Below are positions 1-10,900 of a stretch of DNA of 32,000 nt, piece after piece (the stretch's first letter is position 1; every line of letters starts with the position of its first letter). The DNA comes from Wallemia ichthyophaga EXF-994 (lineage: Eukaryota > Fungi > Basidiomycota): positions 390,001-422,000 of the forward strand of contig NW_008806283.1 in NCBI RefSeq assembly GCF_000400465.1. Reading direction: 5' to 3'. The translations under genes and the position numbers were made by a program. Under the pieces are notes generated by a model. The model saw nothing but the letters and a program-made list of their open reading frames with translations, did not search any database and was not told the DNA's origin.

Positions 1-2290
1 CTGACCTCACCGCTGAGGCTGAATCTGGTAGACTTGATCCGGTTATTGGTAGAGATAATGAGATCAGAAGAGGTTAGTTGGTAATCTTTGACTCTTTCAT
101 CCAAACTAACATTTGTATAGTTATTAGAGTCCTTTGTAGACGCACTAAATCCAACCCAGTACTTATCGGTGAGCCTGGTGTCGGTAAAACTGCTGTTGTC
201 GAAGGATTAGCACAACGTATTGTCAATAGGGATGTACCTGCAAGTCTCCTTGGCAAGCTATTTTCATTAGACGCAGGTGCTCTAATGGCAGGTGCAAAGT
301 ACAAGGGCGAGTATGAAGAGCGCGTCAAGAGTGTTCTCGATGAAATTGAAAAGTTAGGCGATCAAGGCAACCCAGTTATACTCTTCTGTGACGAAATTCA
401 TCTTCTCATGGCTGGATCTGGCGATAGCTCAGGTGGTATGGATGCTGCAAACCTCTTCAAGCCAATGCTGGCACGTGGTAAAATCAGACTCATAGGTGCA
501 ACCACTCTCAATGAATTCAGACAACACATAGAAAAGGATGCAGCATTCGAGAGACGTTTGCAGCAAGTAATGGTTAACGAGCCATCAGTTAACGAATCTA
601 TCACCATTCTTAGAGGTATTTCACATAAATTGGAGGTGCACCACGGTGTGCGTATTCTAGATTCCGCTTTGGTGGCCGCATCGACTCTTGCGAGACGCTA
701 CCTTACCGGACGTAAGTTGCCTGACGCAGCTATCGACTTGATAGATGAAGCATGTGCCGGTGTGCGCGTCGCTCGTGAAACGGTACCCGAACAGGTCGAT
801 CAGCTCGAAAGATCCAAACTGCAATTGGAGGTCGCCATTCACGCACTATCTAGAGAGAGTGACAAGGAAAGCAAGGCGAATCTTGAAGAAGCTAGAAAAT
901 CAGTTGCTGCAATCGACGAAGAATTGAAACCTATGAAAGCTGCCCACGAAGCATCTAAATTCCGCGACGAAGAAATTAACGAAGCGAGACGTAAAGTTGA
1001 AGATCTCACATCCAAAGCAGATGCAGCAGAACGTCGCTACGACTTGGCGACGTCCTCGGATATCAGATTCTACGCCATCCCTGATCTCCAAAAGAAGATT
1101 GAGCAGATGGAACAGAAAAAGAATGAAGATGAAGCAGCTGAGGGTCAGGAAACTTCTATAGTCACACCAGATCAGATTGGTGAGGTTGTCGCTAGATGGA
1201 CAGGTGTTCCAGCTACGCGTATCCAGACTACCGAAAAGGAGAAACTTCTCAGACTGGAGAAACTTCTGAGCAAGAATGTGGTAGGACAACCGGAAGCAGT
1301 GAAAAGTGTCGCGAATGCCATACGTCTTTCAAGGTCGGGTTTGTCTAATGCCCAACGTCCAATCGCCAGCTTCCTCTTCTGTGGTCCATCGGGTACTGGT
1401 AAAACATTGCTGTCTAAGCAACTCGCTCAGCTACTCTTTGACAGCGAGCAGGCAATGATGAGGATTGACAGTTCAGAGTTTAGCGAGAAGCACTCCATCT
1501 CACGCCTTATCGGTGCACCACCAGGATACGTTGGTCACGGTGAAGGTGGTCAACTCACCGAATACGTCAGGCGTAAGCCTTACTCTGTCATATTGATTGA
1601 TGAGATCGAGAAGGCTTGCAGAGAGTTCATAGTTCTCCTCCTCCAAATACTCGACGAGGGTAGATGCACAGATGGTCAGGGCCGTACTGTCAACTTTAAC
1701 AACTGCGTCTTGATCATGACGTCTAACCTCGGTGCATCCCACTTGGCAGAATTGGCCGGAGATGATGGCGGAGCCCCAACGGAAGCTAAAGGGCTTGTCA
1801 TGGGTGCAGTTCAAGGCCATTTCCCTCCAGAGTTTATCAATCGTATTGTGAGTGCGACGTGAGAGTAGCTGAGACAAACTAACATGCTTACTAGGACGAA
1901 ATAATTATTTTCAGAAACTTAGCACTCGGCGATGTGAGAAGAATAGTCGACATACGCCTCGACGAGATACAAAAACGGATGAAAGCAAACGGGAAGAACA
2001 TCAAGATGATCGTTGATGAGGCGGCGAAGCACTACCTCGCATCAGTTGGCTTTAACCCAATCTACGGTGCTAGACCATTGAACCGTTCCATCCAGCAAGA
2101 GATACTGACACCACTATCCTCGCTCATTCTCGCAGAGAGGGTTCTAGACGGTGAGAGCGTCGAGATAAGTTTCGATCCACCACGCAACCGTCTTTTCGTG
2201 AAACCTAATCACGAAGGAGTGGTGGATATGGATGAGGATGATGACGATGATGATTACGACGATGATGTTGAAATCGAAGAGCTGCAGTGA
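1..2290 (+). CDS. HSP104: Hsp104 / ClpB-type AAA+ disaggregase, 5'-partial. Exons <1-72, 121-1847, 1895-2290
   Basis: Spliced read gives [37 protein letters not shown] (NBD1 Walker A), DEIH Walker B, middle coiled coil, GPSGTGKT (NBD2 Walker A), GARPLNR and an acidic C-terminal tail. Introns 73-120 (GTTAGT..CTAAC..TAG) and 1848-1894 (GTGAGT..CTAAC..TAG) join the frames exactly. Confidence 0.95.
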
Positions 2291-2401
2291 GGAGCATATG
2301 CAGTAGCTTAAGCGCACAAGGAATGAAATAGCCACGTTAGAATAATGACTGCAACTTGTATAACATAAAGAGATATTTAAATTCATTTACAGAAATTTAA
2401 T

Positions 2402-3130
2402 CTACTTGCTCATAACATTGCTTACATAGTGCTTGATGTTGCTGAAGCTGTCGAATGGAGTGTAAGGGATATTCTGCGCGGTGCAGTACTTTTCGAGGTC
2501 TTTCCCTTCACGAACGAAGAGGTGATCTGCGTGCTTAGCAGCGCTCATATCACTAACACCGTCACCAGAGAAAAAGAGAGTTGGAGGATTAGCGAGGTCT
2601 CTGTAAGGGAGAATAGCCTTAGATTTGTCATGACCGAAACCAGATTCTGGATGTCTGAAGACGATTTCCCAATCTTTACCTTCATCATCGTTAAATTTGA
2701 CATCATTTGAAATTATGTCGATCGTTTTGGCTTCCTCCTCGCCGATCAATTTAGATAACACGCTTCTAATGAAAGGTGCCATTCCACTAGAGACAATGAC
2801 AACCGGTATCTTTTGCTCCTTGGCCCAGAAATAGAAATCTTTAAATCCGGGATCGAGGACAATATCTCTCTTGAGTATCTCCATACATTCACCAAATGAC
2901 TTGACTTTGGAAACTCCCCTGAGCATCTCGTAGAATGCATCGCGGAAGTTGATACGATGTGCAAGTATCTCCACACTCAACTTTTCCCTGTTTTCCTTGC
3001 CCATTCCGTAGTTATCGATCAGATAGTCATTCGAGTCGGCTGTTGTGATTGTGCCATCCCAGTCGCTGAGGTAGACGAATGGTCCTTCTTTGATGATGAC
3101 GTCGGATGATCCTGGCAGTGGTGTGGACAT
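2402..3130 (-). CDS. PYP1: HAD-superfamily phosphatase, Pyp1/YNL010W (MtnX-like) family, 242 aa, intronless
   Basis: DWDGTIT (HAD motif I), SSG (motif II), GHDKS, GDGVSDMSAA (motif IV); the order and spacing match the yeast YNL010W/Pyp1 family as I recall it. Confidence 0.85.
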   Translation of the reverse strand: MSTPLPGSSDVIIKEGPFVYLSDWDGTITTADSNDYLIDNYGMGKENREKLSVEILAHRINFRDAFYEMLRGVSKVKSFGECMEILKRDIVLDPGFKDFYFWAKEQKIPVVIVSSGMAPFIRSVLSKLIGEEEAKTIDIISNDVKFNDDEGKDWEIVFRHPESGFGHDKSKAILPYRDLANPPTLFFSGDGVSDMSAAKHADHLFVREGKDLEKYCTAQNIPYTPFDSFSNIKHYVSNVMSK

Positions 3131-3354
3131 GTTGATTTGAGTTGCTGAGTTTATTACTTGTTTGGCGTTGGAGTGAAAGAGGCGCGCTCAGGGCGTCAAA
3201 CGCGTCATCATCGCCTCAGCAGCAGTAAGCTGCAACCATTTTATCTATTAAAATAACAAACATTACTTATATTTCTCAAATTATTTCTATTCACCTTATC
3301 ATTCTGCCCTCCCGCATATATTAGCGGCGCTGGTGAGCAGCGTCACTTATCTTG

Positions 3355-3380
3355 CTATCTATATCTATATCTATATCTAC
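3355..3380. repeat. Short (CTATAT)3 microsatellite with partial flanking units
   Basis: ctat-ctatat-ctatat-ctatat-ctac read directly. Confidence 0.7.
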
Positions 3381-3843
3381 TTTCAATCTGCTGCCTGTTT
3401 AACCATCAGCTATCCGGGGAATATGCCGTGAATACTACCTCCAGCCAGGCATACAACTGGCTATGAATATAGGTTTTACCATGTCCTACAATCCAAATCC
3501 AATGTCAAAGTCAATTCACAAACCTTGTATTTTTCTAGTTTCTGAGCTCAAACTTCTATTAAAGATGTTGTCAGCGAATTCATTTGTCATGAACTGCCCA
3601 ACAGCGTATGTACTCCTAAGAACACAATGCCTTAATGCCTTTCTCAACATTCTACATCATCTAAGCCATTACTGTAGCAGCTGCTGTGCCGTCTCCGTCG
3701 TGACATACGCTCTAAGCCGCAGTAAGGTGTATGTTCCGGATTCGACTGAAGAAACCGCATTCTTTGATTCTCATATATGTAACTTAAAAGGCTATTCAAC
3801 GTGCTCAAAACAGCAACCAATCAAATTACGCATATAAGTAAAT

Positions 3844-4786
3844 TGATGATGATGATGAAATTAAATATATTGTTAAGACAATACAAAAGTAATAACTGCG
3901 TCCATCAATACTTCCTAAAGTGTTGTATTTGAGAGAAGTGTTGATTAGAGTGGAAGTGTTTCTTGACTTATGTCGTAAAATAATTGGTGCCTCGTGTTTC
4001 TTCGAAAAATTTCTAGTTACATCGAAACACCTGGATTTCTTGCGCGTGTATTTATTTGTGGTTTGAAAAACTCGTATAGGGCTTGTAAAGCTTGCGCAAT
4101 TTTGAGAATTGGGCCTAGGTCGAACCTTATGTTTAGCTTGACTATTTTTCTTCTTAACGTGATTCTTGCCATCAAGTGTTTTTTTCTTCAGACGAAGATT
4201 CTGTGGGAAATGGTGTCGTCTACGCCGCATGTACTGCATCTCGGTGAGTCTATTATTTTGAATCGATGGCGATATGACTTAGTTATGAGGAGGTGCCCTG
4301 TGCGGAGCTGGGTGGCTAGGCAACTTGTTGCTCGTGGCAAGCCACTGAGTATCTTGGCTGTCTTTGCAGACGTCAGCTTGCCTGCCGCCGTTTTTGAGGT
4401 GTGAGACATGAGATCAGTCATACGTGAGGCTTCCACCCTGAGCGGGGCTGCGTAGCGCTTGCGCATGCTGCGTCTCATAGCTGAGAATGAAGTCCTCAGT
4501 GCAAAGTCAATAGTTGTGGTATGAGCTGTGGTTGTCCTTTCCTCATTTGCAGTTCTGTCCGCTAATTCCTTTCCGTAAATTTCAGTATGGCCTGGGATCC
4601 AATTCAGGTTGATGACAGGACTTTGGTTTCTTCTAATTGAATTTAGCTTTGTCACCTGCTCAAGTATTCTCATCACCAGGTATTGACCCGTCTTTGTTGA
4701 TTGCAGCTGAAACATGGCTGCCAGGGCCGCCTGGTTGTCCATGTGAATGATACTCATTTACAATGAATCGCCAGACAGCGTCGGTT
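3844..4786 (-). mobile_element. 5'-truncated non-LTR (LINE, Tad1/I-like) retrotransposon remnant: C-terminal half of RNase H, CCHC region, 3' UTR and simple-repeat tail
   Basis: ORF 4757-4188 has IHMDNQAAL, WIPGHTEIYGKELAD (RNase H end), TQLRTGH and C-x2-C-x7-H-x4-[stop]. The frame continues 56 codons past the TGA to TAA at 4019-4017. (TGA)5 at 3844-3858 reads (TCA)5 on the element strand. Boundaries are inferred from a candidate 7-bp duplication AGTAAAT. Confidence 0.8.
4017..4757 (-). pseudogene. Interrupted 3' end of the retrotransposon ORF2 (RNase H + zinc knuckle)
   Basis: In-frame TGA at 4190-4188 at the position of the 4th zinc ligand; no reverse transcriptase or endonuclease sequence is recognisable upstream. 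Confidence 0.75.
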
Positions 4787-4861
4787 AGTAAATAAATTTT
4801 TCACTTCATGACTATAGACGAGACACGTATATATTTCTAGAATCAATCCGTACATTATAAG

Positions 4862-4943
4862 TCGTGTATGGTGTAGTGGTTATCATATCGGTTTTTCACT
4901 TGAAAGACCACCGAAGAGCCGGGTTCGATTCCCGGTACGCGAA
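4862..4943 (+). tRNA. tRNA-Glu (anticodon TTC) with a 10-nt intron at 4899-4908
   Basis: Acceptor stem TCGTGTA/TACGCGA, D arm GTG..CAT, anticodon stem TCGGT/ACCGA, anticodon TTC at 4895-4897, T arm CCGGG-TTCGATT-CCCGG. The intron sits after position 37 and contains TGAAA, complementary to the anticodon loop. Mature length 72 nt. Confidence 0.92.
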
Positions 4944-4945
4944 CA

Positions 4946-4958
4946 TTTTTGCCTTTTT
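4946..4958 (+). terminator. RNA polymerase III terminator (two T5 runs)
   Basis: TTTTT at 4946-4950 and 4954-4958, just after the tRNA discriminator base. Confidence 0.8.
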
Positions 4959-5471
4959 AAAATAATACATAATGTTCTCTTAAGTTTTTCATTAATAGCC
5001 TTGAGATGTTTTTCACATTGTTATTCAGATGAACGTAGTTTTTGTTGAAATATAACTATGCAACCTGACATTGTCTTGAACGGTTTGAAAAAACACACTA
5101 GGGCTAAAAAGAACCTTCACGTCGTGCAAAAGGCACTTTTTTCGAGCAATTGTCGTCCAGTATAGTAGTCAGATAGCGATATAGTCAAGGTTTTACAAGC
5201 GCTCTAATACTTTATTAAATATAAATCATACGTACGACGAAAATGAGATAACGCGCTTTTGAAGAGGGAGAGTCTATAAGTCTGTGATTGCTGCGTCTAT
5301 TGCATAGTCTATAATGAATGGACCAATCTAATACTTCTGAATATTTGTGTGGTTGATGCCAGAATGCCATGCCTTGAAATGCGAGTTAATATAAGTTAAT
5401 TTAAATGCCGATAAATGTTATTGTAGTAATGTCAATGAGAGAATTATGTGTCAAGCGTCACGTGCCACGCG

Positions 5472-7677
5472 TTACGGGCTAGAGAAAGGTGATGTCGGCC
5501 AACTAACTCTATACTGACCATGTCTCGATCCAGCTCTTGTGCTATCGTCATCGTCATCTTTGTTAGCTGATACTGCAAGTGCTTGCGGTAGTGAAAGCGG
5601 GAACAGTTGTCTAAAACGAGGATCAAATGCTGTGACGCTTTGTGTCGATGGAGGTGCTGTTGAAGAAGGTTTACTCATATCATTTATTATCTTTGACTCA
5701 GTCTGACGCATAATGTTGGAATCGTCAGTTGAGATTGATGATGATCTTCTCGGTATTGGGATTGGCTTCGAAGATGACGACCTCCGACTGAATTGCAGAT
5801 TGATTTCAGGTGATGGGCTCATCATTGGCGAGGACCCTGCACAGCAAGATCCTGCAAACCTGTGATGAGGATTTGCACCTGATATCGAGGATCTGTGTGA
5901 ACTTATGCCACTGATACCACCACCCTGGCTTGAAAACGACACATTTCTTGACATTGCCAGCGGTGAAGGTTGTGAGGGTTGTGGAGGGGATGCTTGCTCC
6001 GTTCTCTTCAACCATCTATATCGGTTCTTCTGACAGTGTTCCAAAACACCATTCAGTTCTGTAATTACGGTAAGCCTGAAGATGAATTAAGCGGGTAGTT
6101 GACCCACCTGGCAAGAAGTCGACTAAAACCTGGAACAGCGGCTGAACAAACATATCGATAAAGCCAACTTGAGATTTAGCTTGTGAGACTGGATCAGCAC
6201 TACTAAATACAGTGACAGGCAAGCTGAGCTGTGTCTCTAAAGCAGCCTGTTTAGCCCATTCTTCAAGTAAAGCCTTAGACCAATGTTCGCAAACGTGGTA
6301 CGGACGAGCAGGATTACTGATATCAGCACATTTTATCAGAGCTTGCAAAAGCAGAGTTCTATCTAAAGTATCATTGCTTTCTTTGCCTTTCAAGATACGG
6401 TCGCGCATCTCTGAAAGCATCTTCATAAAATCGAAGTGCAGACTCATGTCTGTAGCCAAAACAGTCTTTGACATCAAGTTGCGAAACTGTTTAGCATCGT
6501 GACTGCCTACTCCATCATTTGTCGGTGTTGTTGGGGTCGATGGGGAGTTTGGGGTTGCAGTAGCCATCGCTGTTACATCTGATTCAACCTTGGCTGAAGC
6601 TCTCCTCATTGCATTTCCATCATTCTCTTCATGCTTTGGCTCGTATTGACTTTTTGTTATATTGATTACGTCAAATGGCGTGAGCGATGAATTTGAAGAA
6701 GCACCAATGAGAAATCCGAGATTGTGTTTCCTGAGTAACTGTACGAGCAATATGCAATGCATATTCTCTAGAACTGACTTGGATTGATAGATTTCAGAGA
6801 GCGGGGTTTGAGCATTGTTCATGAAGGTATTATTCAAACCGGGGTGACCGACGTCGTGACCAATAGCAGAAACAAGTAGAGAGAGAACATCCCAGTCTGA
6901 AAGGAGCTTTGAGGCCAGACCATCTTCAGACCTTGACCACGGTTCTTTAGTGGTGAGCGTGTCGATCGGAGGAACGACCTTCAACATGACCAAAAAAGAG
7001 TAAGTTGCTTGTAAAACGTCAATAGCGTGGGTGTAGTTGTGATAAGCATTAGGAGCGCTGTATGACTTGCGAACGGCTATCAAGAAGGAACTGAATTGTG
7101 ATAACTTGAGGTGCCTTAAAGACGGTAACTGAAGAGAAGACTCCAAGATGATAACAGCGCAATGAAAGAGTTCTTCTTTATTCAGGGCGAGAGGTTGAAA
7201 CGCCCAAGTAGACAGCTTATGAATCAGATAAGCTTTGTTGGGAATTTCAATAGAGTCCTCAGAATTTGAGCGCTCGTCAAGCTTCTTGAGCTCTTCTTCC
7301 TCCTCCTCCTCGTTTAGGTGCTTAGACTTCTTGAACAAATCCCCGATAAGCTCACCCAGGCCATCGTTTGTGTCTTTGTTGGATCTAGCCAGACCACCGA
7401 CATCGACAGATTTCCTGCGATTGTCGATAGCCTCGTAAACGTTGAGTGTGTTGAAGCATATTGGGATAGTCTTTGTGGTGCTTGCAGAAGGCTGTTGGCC
7501 CGTAGCCCGTAATAGCGCGCGGTCTGAATTGCTCATTGCAGATCTAAACGGGATTTGCTGAGTTGTTTGAGTCGTTTGAATCGGTTGCTTTGGTGATGTG
7601 CCAGGGCTCGGACAATCATCCGAATTATGTGTAATATCATAATTATTCGGGAATTTATAGTCATTTAGCTCATTCAT
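5472..7677 (-). CDS. PDE2: Class I (high-affinity) cyclic-nucleotide phosphodiesterase, ~718 aa. Exons 7677-6108, 6058-5472
   Basis: YHNYTHAIDVLQ, HDVGHPGLNN, LATDMSLHF, CADISNPARP and QVGFI motifs. Intron 6107-6059 (GTGGGT..TACAG, 49 nt) restores LPELNGVLEHCQKNRYRW. The start is the first in-frame ATG; an extra 5' exon cannot be excluded. Confidence 0.88.
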
Positions 7678-7979
7678 CTTGAGTGATGGTGTGAGCTGAG
7701 CACACTTCGCACGCTGCGAGATAAACTTGGTGGGATTCGCCTTAAAAATTTAGCGCAATTCTTTGAATTAATTTGCTGATTTACTTGCTGCAAATCTACT
7801 TAAATCTTGTGCTTGCTGCTCTATCTCTTTCCCTCGGTAGCTGGCATCGCTACAGACATCCCAGCGAGATAGAAACGTTGGCAGATCTTTACTTGTAATA
7901 ATCACCACACTATTCACTTGTATATCTCTCCATCTCCCCATCTCCACGCTTGCTTCTTCTTCCATCACGTCCATCTCAA

Positions 7980-10900
7980 ATGTTAGCAGATTTAGACCAT
8001 TATTCCAGCAATCTCACAAGCACGCAGGTCAGGCTTCTCTTTCGGCGGCGGCGGCACCGGCGGCTTTGGTTCTTCCGGCTCAGCCTTTGGCGGTAGCTCA
8101 ACTCCTGCGTTTGGTTCAGGCGGTTTTGGCCAGCAGCAATCACAGCAACCACAGCAACAGACAGGCGCTTTTGGCCAGCCAGCACAGACTCCCGCTTTCG
8201 GTGGGTGTTTATCTCTAGTTTTTGTTGAGCATCTCTCACTCTAAACCAGGCTCATCTGCTGGTGGTTTTGGGTCATCAGGCGGTGCATTCGGCCAGTCTA
8301 ATACCCCCTCTACTGGCTTATTCGGCGCTAGCAGACCTCCTCAGCAAGGCTCTGGTTTCTCTTTTGGCGGTGGTGGTTAGTTTGAGTGTATTCTTTATTC
8401 CCAGCTTACTCTTGCGAACAGCTTCAGCAGCCCCTGCAGCTCCACAAGCAAACCCATCTCCCTTCGGTGCACCTGCACCCGCTTCCACATCCACTTTCGG
8501 CCAGCCAGCTCCAACTGCCTTTGGTAGTTCTTTAGGTGCTGGCGGCGCATCTGCAGATGGTGAGCAGGCGCCGAATTCACTTTACCTGACTATACGGCTA
8601 AACTTTCTTCAGTCAAAGGCACAGACCCATTCGAAGTTAACCAGCGCGTCGAAGATCCAAAAGGACCAGACCGTATTACAGACAGGGTCAAGTTCCATTC
8701 AATTAACACTGAAGCCAAATTCCAGCCTTTCTCATTCGAGGAGTTGCGTATGATGGATTACGAAAGAGGCACAAGAAACTCCTCTCAAGCACCTTCTACC
8801 GGTGGCTTCGGTGCTTCTACTTCAGGCGGCTTTGGCAGCACATTTGGTGCTCCAAGCACCGGTAGCGCGTTTGGCCAGTCAGCCGGTACTGGCGCTGGCG
8901 CTGGCGGCTTTGGATCAAATACAGGCTCTACCGGTGGTGGATTGTTCGGTTCATCTCAGCCTCAACAAAACAGTGCCTTTGGTGGCTCCTCTGGTGGATT
9001 TGGTCAGTCGCAACCAAGTCAGCCAGCGGGTGGTGGAGGCTTGTTTGGCCAATCTAATACCCAATCCACGCCATTTGGTGGTGGCTCTACTGGTAGCGCC
9101 TTTGGGCAGCAACCTAAGCCTTCCCTATTTGGTACGTGATGATGATGCTCAGCTTAGTCAATACTTACACGAGTACAGGCTCTACATCAACAAACACTCC
9201 ATTTGGTGGCGCTGGCGGTGGTGCAGCTGGCGGATCTGCATTTGGTCAATCCAACCCACCTGCATCAGCACCATTCGGTCAATCTAGCACAGGAGGTGGC
9301 TTCGGCAGCAATACAGGTGCCAGCGGTGGTACAGGCTTCTCTTTCGGTGTGTAAACATACTTGAGATGTCAATTTTGCTTAAATTTCCAGGCCAACCTGC
9401 TAGTACTACCCCAGCAACTGGTGGATTCGGTGCTGCAGCACAACCAAGTACTGGTGGTGGCTTATTCGGACAAAGCGCACAAAAACCAGCGTTTGGTGGA
9501 GCTTCCTCAACACGTAGGTGAAGTGTTGTTCATTCTGATCGCCTAACACCTCTCAAAGCATTCGGTCAATCTTCCACTGGTGGTGGATTTGGTTCTGGTG
9601 CGACTGGCGGCTTTGGACAATCTCAACCGAGTCAACCACCTGCAGGAGGTGGTTTGTTCGGACAATCTCAGCCTAGTCAACCACCAGCTGGCGGTGGTCT
9701 GTTTGGCCAGCAGCAAAATAGCCAACAACAGCCAAGTAGTACAGGATTTGGAAGTGGTGGACTGGGTGGATTCGGCCAACAAAACAAACCAGCGACATCT
9801 GGTTTTGGTGGATTCGGATCTACCAACACTGGTGGTACTGGTGGTGGATTTGGTGCAGGTGCTAGTACTGGCGCTGGTGGCTTTGGTCAAAACCAATCAA
9901 ACACCGGCGCCTCTGGTGCTACTGGCGGCGGATTATTTGGTGGACAGCAGAACCAACAACAGCAGCCATCTACTGGTGGATTTGGCTCTGGAGGTAGTGG
10001 ATTTAGCTTTGGCCAAAACAGCCAACAACAGCAGCCACAACAACCAGCGCAACAGCAGCAGCCATCGAGTGGATTCAACTTTGGCGGTGGTTTAGGTGGT
10101 ACCCAGAACAAGCCAGCAACTGGAGGATTCGGCAGTGGCTTTGGCTCGAATACAGGCACAGGAGGATCTACTGGAGGTGGTGGACTTTTCGGTGGTGGCT
10201 TAGGATCATCAGCAAACAACAACAACACAGGAACGGGTGGTGGTGGACTGTTCGGCGGCGCTGCCAACAACACCTCAACTGGAGGTGGTCTTTTTGGTGG
10301 TGGTGGTGCATCTGCTGCTCCGAAACCAGCTGGTGGATTGTTTGGCAGCACCGGTACTGGAGGAGGGTTTGGTGGAGGGTTGGGACAGTCTTCGACTGCA
10401 CAACCTGCTCAAAACAACACTGGAGGCTTTGGCGGTGGCAGTTTGTTTGGACAGTCGACCCAGCAAAATTCACTTCAACAATCGCAACCAAATTTGAGTG
10501 CATCGGTCGATCAGTCACCTTACGGAGCCAATCCATTATTTGATCTGGGACCAAATCCACAGATTGGACCAACTGCCGTAGCGGTTGGAGGAGCATCAAC
10601 TGTGAACAAGAAAAAACCAGTGTTGAATGCATCAGCAAGTATGCGTTCACCAGCTAGACCTTTGAACAGACTGAGAGGATTCGCTGCATCACCAGGCACA
10701 CCAATTTCACCTTCAGCTGGTGTTAACTTGTCATCATCGGTGATGCCACCGTCTTCACCAAGCATGAGTGTGAACGGAGGAATGAGATCATCCCAAAGAT
10801 CATTGAATCTCTCAAGAGCTGGATCACCAGCTGCGTCGACGAATGGAGGAGTGTTGAGTGGATTGCCAAGCGAGAATGCCATGTCGCCAAATGCATTTAT

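Noticed and set aside
3463-3837. 124-aa ORF next to the retroelement
   Set aside because: No recognisable motif on either strand, AT-rich context; probably a chance ORF or decayed sequence.
4188-4190. TGA at a Cys position read as selenocysteine or an edited stop
   Set aside because: Sec machinery is not known in Dikarya, A-to-I editing would give Trp rather than Cys, and the element is 5'-truncated; a point mutation is simpler.
5283-5340. Possible box C/D snoRNA (GTGATT..CTGA)
   Set aside because: Imperfect C box, no terminal stem, and no rRNA guide complementarity that I could recognise.
7768-7974. 68-aa minus-strand ORF as first exon of the phosphodiesterase
   Set aside because: Nearby donors are phase 1 while the available acceptors are phase 0, and its ATG would be 5 nt from the nucleoporin start; it is the antisense of a CT-rich leader.
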